Positions 27,050 through 39,640 of a stretch of 64,000 nucleotides of DNA are shown piece by piece. The stretch lies in NCBI GenBank assembly GCA_053919585.1, contig CM132788.1; one strand, 5' to 3'. The notes below the pieces were generated by a model that was given only the letters and a program-made list of their open reading frames with translations, ran no database searches and was not told where the DNA came from. The number at the start of each line of letters is the position of its first letter. The stretch's first letter is position 1. This DNA is from Euprymna scolopes. Its lineage: Eukaryota. The translations under genes were made by a program, and so were the position numbers.

Positions 27050-28620
27050 TTTTTTGTGACCCCACATTTGCTGCACTTTCCCCGATTTCTTGATCACACA
27101 TTATGCAATGTGATGGTCTTTTTATTGGTGCACTTCAAAGTGCGACATGTGCCCCAGTTTCCACTACTGTATCATCTAAAGTTTCCGCTTATGAAATATG
27201 TAGCTCCAATCGCGTATGGATTACTTGTGCTACCCATTAATAGTTCAGTGTCAGATGATGCATTACTTTCTTCATCATTTTCCCTGGTTTCTAAATGGTT
27301 CACCCTCCTCCCCAAATAAAGTGGAGATCGCGTATGTGGTGTGAGATTCCATCCACCATTTGAATTTGGTGAAACCTTGATATCTTCGCAGTTTCACAGA
27401 TTAGATCTCTCACATCATATGACCCACCCATTTTGTCAAATAACTGCACATGGTCGATTCCTTTCACTTGAGCCTAATACATATAGATGACATTCAAATG
27501 TGCGGTTGTTACTTCACCAATCCTCTTTATGGTGTACTTCTAAGTCTATGCGACTCATGAAATACAGTCATCTTGATGTCTGAATGTCCGTTCTATGTTC
27601 GGATATCTTCTACTTGATTATCGTGCTTACTGTAGCATTGCATGTTTGATCAATAGGTTCTGTACCCACCTTTATGGCATTATACCATTTGCAGGGCACT
27701 CATGTCAGCTTGTCCGCAAGGTTGCAGTATGATGGGATCAATTTTACATTAAGCATTAAGTCTAGACTAATTTAGAGACTATACTCTTTTAAGGTGTCTA
27801 ACCTTTATTTTATTAGCATCTCTGTGCATATTATTGCTTTCCCAATCAGCATGTCAGATACTCTGTCATAAATGCAAAAGAGAATTGGTATGTAGGTATA
27901 ACCTATTTGTTTGCTAATGTGGTGCTAAGTTAACGTCTTTCATTACAGCATCTAACTCTACCAAGTTGATGTGTTGGGCATTGTTTACACATATCCTCCA
28001 ACATGGCTCCATGCTACTCCAACATTACTCTTAATGTTTGTGAAATGGTATCAACCCATATATTCATTTCTTTTCCATTTACACACTACTCTCATTAGGC
28101 CAGCTCCTCATGTATTGCTCTCTCAACACTTTCTGCAATCATTCAGACAAGGAGGGTATCACTTGTTTGATCATCCCACCCTTTGGTTAATATATTTACC
28201 TTGCATTTTATTATACTCTCTGACATCCATCCCACACTAGAGAACTACTGTAACGCTGAAACACATTTCTTCATCTTGATCACAAGTTTCCACCACCACC
28301 TCCTTCCCATGTCCAAGCCTAGCACGCATGTTCTGTCTTCAAGGTACTCTGGATCCTTGCACTTTAGACTAGACTCTGCCAATTTTGCTTAGATTTGCAT
28401 CACCGACTTAACGTCTTCATTGATTAAATGCTGTTATGATGCACTGATGTTGTCTCTTCGATAGTCTTCTCCTGGAATGACATAGCACCGACCTGCATCT
28501 GCAGATAGGCTTTCCTCAGATCCAGAAATAATACATGACTCCTTACTGACACTATTACATTAACTTGCTCACACATCAGCATCAGCCATGTAAGCCTCTG
28601 TTTATTGAATTCACAGTAGT
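27050..28620 (-). mobile_element. Heavily decayed RTE-clade LINE
   Basis: Reverse strand near 28450-28540 gives a remnant of the RTE endonuclease DY..RK...VIPGE...QH motif; a C-terminal remnant lies near 27080-27170. Confidence 0.6.
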
Positions 28621-30389
28621 CCGTAACTGGTGTCATTTTTAACTTATGTTTTACCACTGCAATTAAAGAGATTAAATGTTTTTGGAGGTCTAAGCTTTTG
28701 GTTAGGATACAGAATTAACCAACCCTCTTTGATCCAGGCATCAAGCTCTTGTTCATATGTGACCTTAATATTCATGGCTATAGGTTATTCTGTGATAATA
28801 TTTTGTAGCTTAATTGATGCTTTATTGTCCACCCATTTCCATGACGCGATCTAAATCATTTTGTATTGATTAACCTTTAGCCACCACCACCACCCCATTC
28901 CGTCAACTTTCAAAGAGAAACGGTGAAAGAGTGAAAAATAACTGTATATCCGCTGAGACTGAAACAAACCAAATTCAAATAGAATATGGTATTCGTGAAA
29001 CAAAAGATGAGTGCATGACGCTTTGTTCTCAGTTTTTAGATGAGGAAGAACCCCATCGTGCAACGGATAAAGTGCTAAGTATAAGTTAAGTAATGATCTT
29101 CTTGGATTTGAAGGTTCATTCCTCAGTATGAGTGACGCTAATGATATAAAACTTCTATTCTGTCATGGCTTACAGAACAATATACGGAACAATAACACTT
29201 TACCGTTGCAGATTAAGTAAAGGGTTCAGTTGAAATTCTGTACACGTTCCTGAGTTTGGTAATATGCACCTGAAGAATTTCAGAGGTTATATTGGATGTA
29301 ATGTTGCAAAGAATGACGTCCAAGATGAGAACAATAGTCCATATAATCCAAATGATGCTTTATTTAAATTTTTATTTTAAACGTTGGTGTATATTTAACA
29401 ATGACATTCTTCTGTTTGTTAATCATGCGGATCATGTCAAACCTGGTTTTACTCCTGAACCTGGAAATACCATGACTCGCTGAAAACCTTGTTTCAAGCA
29501 GGTACACAAACATTTGTTTTAGCATAAGAATCATAAAACAACATAAACTGACATTTTTGCACGTGTCTTGATACCTGGAAGAGAATCAAAGAGGAGTGTA
29601 CAGAGACATGTTATATCTAAAAACTGATAGCTTTTTATGTTATTATAACCTTTAAAAAAAAAAAAAATTAAAGGTACCTTTTTGAATAAATAGAATGAGC
29701 AATGTAGATCAGCAATGACCAATCTTCAACATTCCATGATATTGATCTAATTATGTTCATCAAAATCCATTCTACAATGTTTGTTCCCTCTTGTTTCTTT
29801 ACAATAGTGTGTATACCCTGTGTTAAAGTGATGGAAAAATTTTCTCTAGTGTTCATGCTAATATATCAGATAACATTTCAGTGAAGCAAATAAAACGAAA
29901 TAAAACGTCTCAAACTGGAAAGTCTTTTAAAAAAGTATGTATCAATTGGTAAGGAAAAAAAATCCATGAAAATAGTGAACGATATTTCAGAACTCATTTT
30001 AGATTGTGAATGCGATCTCAGACTTGGTATTTGTTTTTTTGTTTGTTTTTTTTTTGTTTTTTTGTACCCTTGAACACTTTAAATGATTTGGGCTGGCATT
30101 TTTTGTGTGTGATGAGATACATAAATATATACAAATAAACATTAGTCGGGCATTATTATTTCTACTTTAACAAATTGATACTTATCGGGACACATAGTAT
30201 TAGGGCATTATTTTCACTTAGAATAAATTACCTATGTCCCCTGAAAATGAATTTTTTCAAAAAGAAATAACTAATAAAAGAACTGATAGTATTTTATGCA
30301 ATTTTTCAATTATCACTTGGGTTGTGATGCACCATTTGTAACCATGAGACTGGCTTTGGCAACACTTGCTGTTATTGTGATAGTCTTGG

Positions 30390-33300
30390 TAGTGGGGCAG
30401 GTTATATCAATATTCCATAAGAATCTTTCCCTTAGTGATACAAGCACCAAAATTGGCATAAATGATGTTGAGAACATACATTTTAAGAAAAGAATGTTAG
30501 CCATCAGAAAATTCAATATGGCTGCCAGTTTTCAGGAAGCAAACCTGACAAATTTCAATTTTTGAAGAGGACTCCGATTAACACAATTTCTTTATGGTCC
30601 AAAAATGAAATGAATGTATTCTCATATAATTAAGCTAATTATGCCTTGAAAATTTCAATATGGCTACTATTTTTCAAAATGGCGGCTCATAGATTACTGT
30701 ATGTAGTGATATTTTCAACTATATCCTTACCTGTTTCTATGCTCTGTGCCGAGTCTGTAGTGAAAAAGTTCACTGCCAATTATTTGTTACACTAATGTAG
30801 TTTAATATTAAAACTTTTGGCTTGTGATACATTAAGAGTGATTTCAAAGCACAACCAGGGCACACTGGTGACATCACTGCTGTAAAACTCAGCATGAGGT
30901 TCAGCATCAGCTTGGAGTGCACTAACTGTAGTTGTAGTTAGTGCACTACAAGCCGACGCTAGTAACTGTAGTTGTAGTTACTAACTGTTGTGGTGGTTAA
31001 ATAACTTCAGACAGTAGTATCTATAAGTGTCCCAAATGCTATCTAATTAGCCCCTTATGCATCTCAACTAGAATTGTAGTCAGTTGTAGTGCAGTTGTTA
31101 GATAGCTGCGCATGAATTGATAGGGTGTGCCAGTGCGGGAGAGCCGAGCCAAGGGTAACGGGGCTTTAGTTACCTGGAAGGTGTACAGATCACACGGGAT
31201 CTAAACGGCATTGGATGAACGATCAGATCAGTTGTATCCCATACTTCAATGTGCTTTGATGTTTTGTACAGTTAGGCAGTAAAAGGATAGCCCTTCAACT
31301 GTATATGCAAAATGTCTGCGAACAACCCATTGAGTAGCGAAGCGAAAACTGATTAAGGGAAGTGTTGCCTCTGTCAGACAGACATGAGAGAGGAGTTAAA
31401 GTCTCCTCCTACACGATATGAGTGTAGTTCTGGTGGTTATTCCATGCTAGCCACAAATATACCACAATTTCAGGCAATCAACCTGTTACGAATAAAAGTA
31501 GACCCATCTCGACTAGATGATGGAGGTGGCATTGAGGACACATTGAGACGAAACAGTGCAAAGTACCATCAAACATGTCATCTAATGTTCAACAACAGCA
31601 AGCTTGAAGATGCAGCTGAAATTCACAACAGTCCTGATGAAACTCGCACAAAAATGCAAAGGACAAGTATAGAGATGAAACAGTGTTTCCTTTTGTGAAA
31701 AAAAGCTGCGACAAGCCATGACCATACAACTGAATGAAAGGCTCAACGAATGTGCCTGTAACCTCAATGATGGTAGACTACTGGCTCTGTTGAGTGGTGA
31801 AGTGGTGGCCCTAGAACTGAAATACCATTGCTCTTGCTTGACTGCTCTGTATAACAGAAAGCGAGCACACATTGCCCAAAAGAACAAAGAAACACTCAAG
31901 ACATCCCAAGCAAAGGGTTTTATTCATTTGGTATTCTTGGAATTCCTGACCTATGTCATTGAGAAAAGATACAGCACTGATGAGCCAGCCACATTCCGAC
32001 TTGCTGAACTGGTTAGTCTATACAAGGAGCGACTTGTACAGTTTGAGACAGACATACTTGATGTGACCTCGACCAGGCTGAAAGAAAGGCTGCTGTTAGA
32101 GATACCAGGACTTGTAGCCTACAAAAATTTCATTTAGTGCAATGAAGGATCTGGGCAATCCTTTCCAGGAAGAGGCCAAAGATCTTCTCGCACTGGACAC
32201 AAAGACCTTTGCACGTCCCGCTGCTGCAGAGCTTGTCAGAATTCGCATTGATAAAGGTCAAGCTGCCTTCAAAGACTTTTTCAATAGTCTTGTGATGAGG
32301 GTTCGTTCTACAAGCCCATCAAAAAGAACAACAGCTGAAGCACGAGAATGTGATCTGTTAGAATTCTTTGGGCATGAGAATCAGTCTTTTCCTGCAGCAC
32401 AGTGACACAGGGAATCTCTATCCTGGATAGGTCTGACCTTGTTGGCATTCTGGAAGATTCCATTGCTCTTCTTGATTCTCAGCCAGAATGTGATGTCATC
32501 ATTATTGATGGTGCTGCTCTTGTACACTCTCTCTCACCAAAGACCTCAAAGACATTTGAGGAATATGCTGTCCGTGATGTAATGCCAAAGATTCAGAGTT
32601 ACTCATCAAAGTATGAGCGAACAGATATTGTTTGATATCTACAAGACTTCAAGCTTCAAGGCTGAAATGAGATCAAAGGAAGTCGGTGTAGAGTGATAGA
32701 CAAAACTAAGCTGCCACCCATCTGGTCCAGTTTTCTGAGAGACAGTGACAATGACAGAACTGTTTGAGTATCTAGAAGACAAGATTGTATCCATGTGTCC
32801 CGACAATGTCATAGTTGTAACCAAACGAGAGAAGGTCTTGTTAAACAAATCCATCAACTTTGAAGGTCTACAACCTTGCAATCATTAAGAAGCTGACTCC
32901 AGGATTTTCACACATGCAGTTCATGCAGCCAAACAGAAGACAGTCTCTGTTGATCAAGACATGTGACACAGACATCCTTGTCATAGTAGTTGGTGTCTTT
33001 GTGAATCTTCAGAATGTTGGCTTAGAAACACTTTGGCTAGAATTTGGCCAGGGACAGTCCATTAGATGGTTCCCAATTCGTTTAGTGATGAACCTCGGCC
33101 AAGAGAAATGTAGTGGTATGCTCTTCTTTCATGCCTTCACTGGTTGTGACGTGGCCTTGGCCTTTCAAGGTAGAGGGAAGACAACTATATGGCAAACATG
33201 GGCAGTTTGTCCTGAAGTGTTCATCAAACTGAGTCAGTACCACTTACCATGGAAGATGCTGATCTCAACATTCTCGAGAAATTTGTTGTCACTATGTATG

Positions 33301-34072
33301 ACAAACACAGCAACACTACCAAAGTTGATGAGGCAAGACTGCACTTTTTTGGTTGGAAGCAAAGACCCTATGAATCCATTCCACCAACTCGTTCAGCATG
33401 TTAGATGACCTGCATTCCAAGCTGCTTGCATATGGGGGCCAGTCAGCAGAATGCACAATGCAACTTGAAAGTCCTGGCAACTGGGTCTGGCAAAAAAGGT
33501 GAAGCCTAGGAAGTTCTCTGGTCAACCCTCCCACCCATTGCTCAGTCCTGCCAGTAGCTGACAAAATGTCGTTGCACTGGTGAATGTCGGCAACTATGCA
33601 AATGTTATCGCTACACTCTGAAGTGCACACTAATGTGTAGCTGTAAATGCAAAGGGTAAAATAATGATCCAGGTTAAATTCAAGTCACTTCAGTCTGTTG
33701 TAGTATATTGTGCTTCTGTCACAACAATTAGAGATACCACATCGGTAACTTCACTGAGACGGTGCTAGTTCATATAATTGTCGTCATATCACTATAATGC
33801 TTAATGATATTGAAATTTTGATTGCAGAATTCGATTCCTTGTATCAAAAACATTTTGATGTACAGATCATAAAAATGTCATTACTTTGACAATATTTAGT
33901 GCAAATACTGTTTCGTATTGGTACGAATGGCAGTCATCTTGAAAAATGGCGGCCCTTTTGTTTTTGAAGTTGACTCACATGCTTTGCTGAAAGAGGGAGT
34001 TCTGAAGCACCTGTGTGCCAATTTTGGTGCTTGTATCAAGAAGCGAGATTGTTTCAGTAATCTGCCCCACTA
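30390..34072 (+). mobile_element. Academ (AcademX-type) DNA transposon, internally deleted and frameshifted
   Basis: Ends are TAGTGGGGCAG (30390) and CTGCCCCACTA (34072). A subterminal block tgatacaagcaccaaaattggca is inverted at both ends, and TGG is duplicated at 30387-30389 and 34073-34075. ORF pieces carry LELKYHCSCLTALYNR, GNPFQEE, IIDGAALVH, IKTCDTDILVI, FFHAFTGCD (XPG/FEN1-like) and a terminal Cys-rich cluster. Confidence 0.85.
31384..33658 (+). pseudogene. Disrupted Academ protein (N-terminal region, XPG-like nuclease, Cys-rich finger)
   Basis: Successive track ORFs at 31384, 31718, 32142, 32402 and 32860 lie in different frames with stops between them. Confidence 0.8.
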
Positions 34073-35391
34073 TGGATGCCATGTCTATTTTATTTTGCTT
34101 TCTTAGTCTGTCTGTATGTGTGTCTGTCTGTTCAGCTTGCTGTGCCTGTCATTGTGTCTGTGTGCTTAGCCTTTTTACTTGATTAGTTTTATGTCTTCAC
34201 TCTATTAGGTGGAAACTCAACAATTAGTTTTAATAAATCTAAACCCCTTTACTCCTGCAGCAGGTGAAGAGTGTCAATCTACAAAATGAATTCATATCTG
34301 AAGTGAGGAGGAGATAAAAAAAATTTAAAAAAAAACTATTCTGCAAATGTTACTGCCTCCCTACTTTTTAATTTCTTCATTCTATAAATGAATTTCACTT
34401 GCACATCTGTCAATTATCCATGGCTCCTAATATTTTATTTTGACAAAATCCGTTGTCTTTTTCAGAGCTCTTGAAAAAATTGTTTTTGTGTTTAAAAATA
34501 CCTCGCTCATTCTCGGTTAACCCCTTTCTCAATTAATGTTTGTTTGCACAGTTTATCTCCGTAAATAAATGACCTTTCAGTTTGAGAAATCGGTCGGCTG
34601 AAGTACGTGCGAGTTTTTTTAATTAATGATTTAATTCCCATTCCCAAAACTGATTAGCGGTTGTTTTTGCAGTTATATCGTTAGTTACGATGTTATCTGA
34701 CTAAAATAAACTAATGTAGCTTTTTAGTATTTTTACCTCCTCCATTCCTTTTAATCACATTTCACCACCACAAAAAATAGCCAACGTTTAGATTCTCGTT
34801 TCGTCTCCTTCAAAACAATTGAAAAAGGAAAACAATATGCTTATTCATGTATCAAATTTGTGTAGTTTCAAGCAATTGGGCTTTTTTTAATTTTTTTTTT
34901 ACAAAGTTCACGTTGAAGTGGTATTTAACAACAAAGACTTCATGACAATCTTATAATGTAGAATTTTACAAAGAATGAAAAGTAACACTAAGTATTTTAA
35001 AGGCATAATTTACGTGTCCAAAAGTCAGTTATTACAAGTGATTTGAAAAGAAAGACCTGGATATAAAAAAGATAGATGTTAGAACAATTTCTAAAAGAAA
35101 CTATTATAATTTATATTAAAGCTGTTACATTGAATTCGTTTATCTTATTGATGAAAATTGAATATATTATCACTCGAAATAGTCATTTAAAAAAAAATTA
35201 ATGTGTTGCATAGCTATCAAAAAAAAGTTTTTAATTTTAGTCGAAATTTTTTTTGTTTCAAAAGACTCCACTTTTCTGATTGGTAAAAGTATAGTCTTTC
35301 TCATATTGATGAGAACATGAATTTATCAATTAAAAATGACTGTTCAGATTATTGAGATTCTTTGGACTATTGTTCTCACCTTGAGTGTCAT

Positions 35392-35621
35392 TTTCACAAT
35401 GTTTTGGTCAATATAACCTCCAACCTTAAGGTGTTTCTTTTTGTTAAACTCTGAAATCTGCACAGAATTTTGAATACAACCCTTTATTTAATTCACCGGT
35501 TTAACAGGTTCTCATTCTATCAGCCATGATTGGATAAAAGTTTTAATTCGCAATTGTATTTTTAGTTGCCCACACTGAGGATTGAACCTTATTTTTTTCA
35601 ACTACTGTAACTACTGTGCCA
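35392..35621 (-). mobile_element. tRNA-headed SINE with hammerhead-like tail; related copies at 39405-39640 and 23215-23450
   Basis: Minus-strand A box tggcacagtag and B box ggttcaatcc; tail caccttaaggttggaggttatattgaccaaaacattgtg is shared with the two other loci. Confidence 0.65.
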
Positions 35622-36112
35622 TCGATCCTTTCAAACTATAATAATACGAATAACCAATCCTCATCTCAAAACTCCAGAAATGTAACAAAAATGACAGCAT
35701 GACAATTGATGAGTTCTGTGAATTAAATTTAATATTTGTAGACTGTTCGAAATGATTTTAAAAAAAAAAAACACATGGATGGGGTGCATAGCTATTATGC
35801 CGTATGGGCTTCAGTGTGTCAGATGGGTGTAGAAAACACTAGAAAACTTTCAAAATAGGATGATGATCATATTAAAATAAGTAATTTTTTAAAAAATATT
35901 TTAAGTGAAAATGGAACTCGTGTCCATATTGTTTGTAATTAAATGAAAATTGCTTGGAGTGTGTGAGCATACAAATTTTAACAATCCCATAAAAGTTGTG
36001 ATTAATGTTTTTTTACATTATTCAAGTAGTAATGATCACAAGGGGAAATAACTCTTCAAATTTTTAGGTGTATTTTTACTTGACTTCAGCAAAGTTTCTT
36101 TTTGCACTACAA

Positions 36113-36740
36113 TCGAGAGCTCATCGTTTAAACTGCCCAGATTAGCATTCACAGGCAACATGAATTGGAACAAATACCTTGAAGATATTGCTAAAGTTGT
36201 TTGCAAAAGTGGGCTCTCTCTACTGTGTTAGAAAATTACTAACATCAATGAGTATGTTTTACCTGTACAAAGCCATTATTTATCCATGCATGGAGTATTG
36301 TTGCCACATCTGGGCTGATGCATCTAGTCTCTCTTTTAGATAGGTTTTACACTCTGTTTTGAAATCTAATAAGTCCTGCACTATCAACCAACCTCCAACC
36401 TCTGTTCCATCGTCACACTGTTGCATTCCTGTGTGTTTTATAAGTTCTTTAATGGAATATGATCTGACACATTTGTAACAATAATGCTCTCTTGACAAGC
36501 AACAAAATCCTGCACCTTCACCATGGAGGCCGCTAGTTGCTGTAAAGCCCAGTACTCTAATATTTTATTTTCTCAAACTGCTAGACTTTGCAATTCCCTC
36601 ACCATTTTCTGCTTCCCTTATTGTACCAATATGCAGACATCTTGCTGCTCACCTCCCTGCATAGAGACCCTGTAGACATGGTCCCAAATAATAACCCCTT
36701 ATAGCTAAGTGGCAATGTGCGTTGCCTGGGATGAAAAAAA
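36113..36740 (+). mobile_element. Decayed CR1/Crack LINE family 1 fragment
   Basis: ccatgcatggagtattgttgccacatctgggct (PCMEYCCHIWA); 3' end aagtggcaatgtgcgttgcctgggatg plus an A-run. Confidence 0.85.
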
Positions 36741-37104
36741 TTGTATCATCTGTCTAAAAAAATAAATAAAAAACAGTGCAGCACATCCATGTCCAAGGCG
36801 ACTGAAATGTTACAGGACTTGTGTGTTACAATTAAAATATTTTAATATCTTAAGCTATAATAATCGAAATATTTTTTGCCTGATAAAATGAAATATTGTA
36901 TGAATATTCTTGGTTTAAGTTTTTTTTTTTTTTTTTTTTGTTAAGTAATACTTTACTACAATACAGATCTATACCTGTACACATTTATTTTTATGAACTC
37001 TGTATATGAATGCGCACCTATAAAGTCTGGGTGCAATATGAAAATGGTCATATTAAGTATTTGTGCTAGAAAAAATCTGTAAAAATCATGTTTTAATTCC
37101 ATTT

Positions 37105-37850
37105 TCACCCCAAACAAGGCACGGTGCCACTTTGTTATAGGGAACTACTATCAGGGGTCATAAGTTGCAGGGATACTGTGTATAGGGAGTTGAGTAGCAA
37201 GATATCTGTTCACTTGAACTTCTGCATGTCAGAGTTGGGAAAGCAGGAACTCAGAAGGAAGTTCTAAAGTCTAGCAGTTTTTGGGAAGAAACTATTAAAG
37301 TAGAAGGCTTTCTTACATCTAGGGATCTCTACTGTGTAGGGTGGGATTTTGCTGTTTTTCAGGGGTATTTACATCAAAGGGGCACAAGGTCTTGTACTTC
37401 GTCAGAATGTCAACAATTAAAATACTTGTAGAACAGGCATAGGGATGCAACATTTCGTCAGTGGGACAGAGGCTGAAGCTTTGATGACAGTTTAGGACCT
37501 ATCAGGTTGGCGACTCTTTTGAACCCTGTCCAGGAGTGAGAGACTAGTAGCAGATGCACGAGCCCATATGTGACAATACTCCATACATGGGTGAATGGTA
37601 GCCTTATAGAGGTACAGGATATTTTTCGGTGCAAGTAACTTTCTAGCATGGTATAGAGAGCCCACCTTTCTCACAGCAGCCCTGGCAATGCTCTCAATGT
37701 ATTTGTTCCCACTCATGTTCCCTGTGAACATTAAGCCAAGGAGTTTGAAAAAAGTACTTTCAGTTAATGTATCTTTAGCCATAGCTATTAGTGGTTGAGA
37801 AGGTTTCTTGTAATTATTGAAGGAAATAAGCTTAGTCTTGGCAGCATTAT
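37105..37850 (-). mobile_element. Decayed CR1/Crack LINE family 1 fragment
   Basis: Track ORF FKLLGLMFTGNMSGNKYIESIARAAVRKVGSLY...PCMEYCHIW; collinear with 9870-10630. Confidence 0.9.
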
Positions 37851-38772
37851 TGTAAAATTTAAAAAAATTCTAAACGTCCCCAATAGTCAGATAAAAGGTA
37901 ACACGTCTGTCACTCTTTTAAGCCAATTGATTTACAGAAATGATTGAAAGTTCGGTTATTTTAACTTTTAATGAACAAGGTTTTTTGCATACACAATTTT
38001 GGCAAAGAAAATGATTCACCTTTTTTCAATCTGTTAGGTTTTAAATCTAAAATTTCTTAACGCACAGAGCAAAATAGTAAGGAGCTCCATTTTGTTGAAA
38101 AAAAAAACCTATCGTCTGTCAGTTTTAATTGTTTAAGCATACATATTAGAAGATACTTGATTGCTAAAATTTTTATAAAAATTAGTGATTTCTTTTTCTT
38201 TTTTTTTTGTGGATTTAAAAAAAAAACAGAGATTATTTCTAATAGATACTTATAAAATTCTTGTTTTTTACAGTGCATACAAATTTTATGAACAACCTGT
38301 ATATCTTCGCAGTGTATGTGTCAATATATCTTTATGCATACTTTGTATGCACACGTATGTGTGTATACACACACATACATTAATAACATTCGAATGTATT
38401 GAACTAAAAACCGATATTTTTCAAAAGTGGTCAATACATATGCAAGGCTATTGTAAGTGAGATTATATAAAAATCAGAAAACCCGAACGTGGATTATTCT
38501 ACATTTCAGTGTTATACAATTATTATTATCAAAACATAGATTAATTTGAATTGCTTTTTTCTTTGTTTATATAATTTTACTCGTATATCTCAAGACGTGA
38601 AAGTACTTGTTATCTCTACAAATCCATAGTTATTTCCAGTCTGTAAAGCCTATAAATATTAAACTTTTGTCTCATATTTTAAGTGTTATTATAATTCGTA
38701 AAGATGGCTGTGCAAATTTTAAGTAGCTGATAAATCACTTGAAAATGATTTTTTTTTTCTTTCTTCTTTTAG

Positions 38773-38793
38773 TCTAAACAGGTCAAGTTCCAA
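38773..38793 (+). CDS. Candidate 21-nt microexon (SKQVKFQ)
   Basis: ttttttttctttcttcttttag|TCTAAACAGGTCAAGTTCCAA|gtgagt: strong acceptor and donor, phase 0-0. Confidence 0.55.
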
Positions 38794-39404
38794 GTGAGTA
38801 TTTCATGTTAGGCAGTTATGCCTTTTCCATGTAATAAGTCTTCAATTCGTCAGTATTTTTTTTTCTGAATTTGTCATATTGAAGTAGCCTTTTCCCCTTA
38901 CTTAAGGGAAAAGGGCTATTTTGATGACCCTCGACAAAGTAGCATAGTCCTTGACCGCCAACCTCCCTTTTTATTGGTTACACTACCAATCTCTCTGCTC
39001 TTATGACTAATATTTTACAAACTTAACTTGCTTTTGAGCTGTCATTATTCATGACCATCAAGAAGGTTTCTGAATGATTATGAATAATGATGGAATACGA
39101 AGATGAAATATTTTACATGTTGGTGTTTTAATGGTGTAAACTTCGTTGTGCTTTATTTTTAAATGCAGTTCGTTGTTCAGTTTGATTTGCTTTTGAATAT
39201 TGTATTTAAAACAAAATCATGAAACCGAATTGTTCAGTACTTGTTATGTTGCAATTTTTTTAATTGACTTCTCTAACAATTTCACAAAGACGCATGTGTT
39301 ATGTCATCCTTTTTGGGTGGACAATTATTATTCAACGTTTCAGTAAAAGCAATTAAGTAATTTGTATTTAGATTCTGTAGATTACTATACTCATCTTGGT
39401 TGTT

Positions 39405-39640
39405 AGATTCACAAGGTTTTGGTCGATGTAACCTCCAATCTTTAGGTGCATCTTTTCAAACTTGGTATTCTTTGCAGTCTGAAATTTGAGTGAAATTTCA
39501 GACTATTTATTCAATCCATGGGGAATGGTTGTTCTTATTCTATCAGACAAGTGCTAATATGTTCTTAGTCATTATCACTTGTAATAATGATTGACGATAG
39601 GTGTCGTGTGTCAGTAGTGTAATTAACCAAGATGTGGATA
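39405..39640 (-). mobile_element. Second copy of the 35392 SINE family
   Basis: Shares ctgatagaat.agaac, the tt.aataaa block and the tail cacctaaagattggaggttacatcgaccaaaaccttgtg. Confidence 0.6.
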
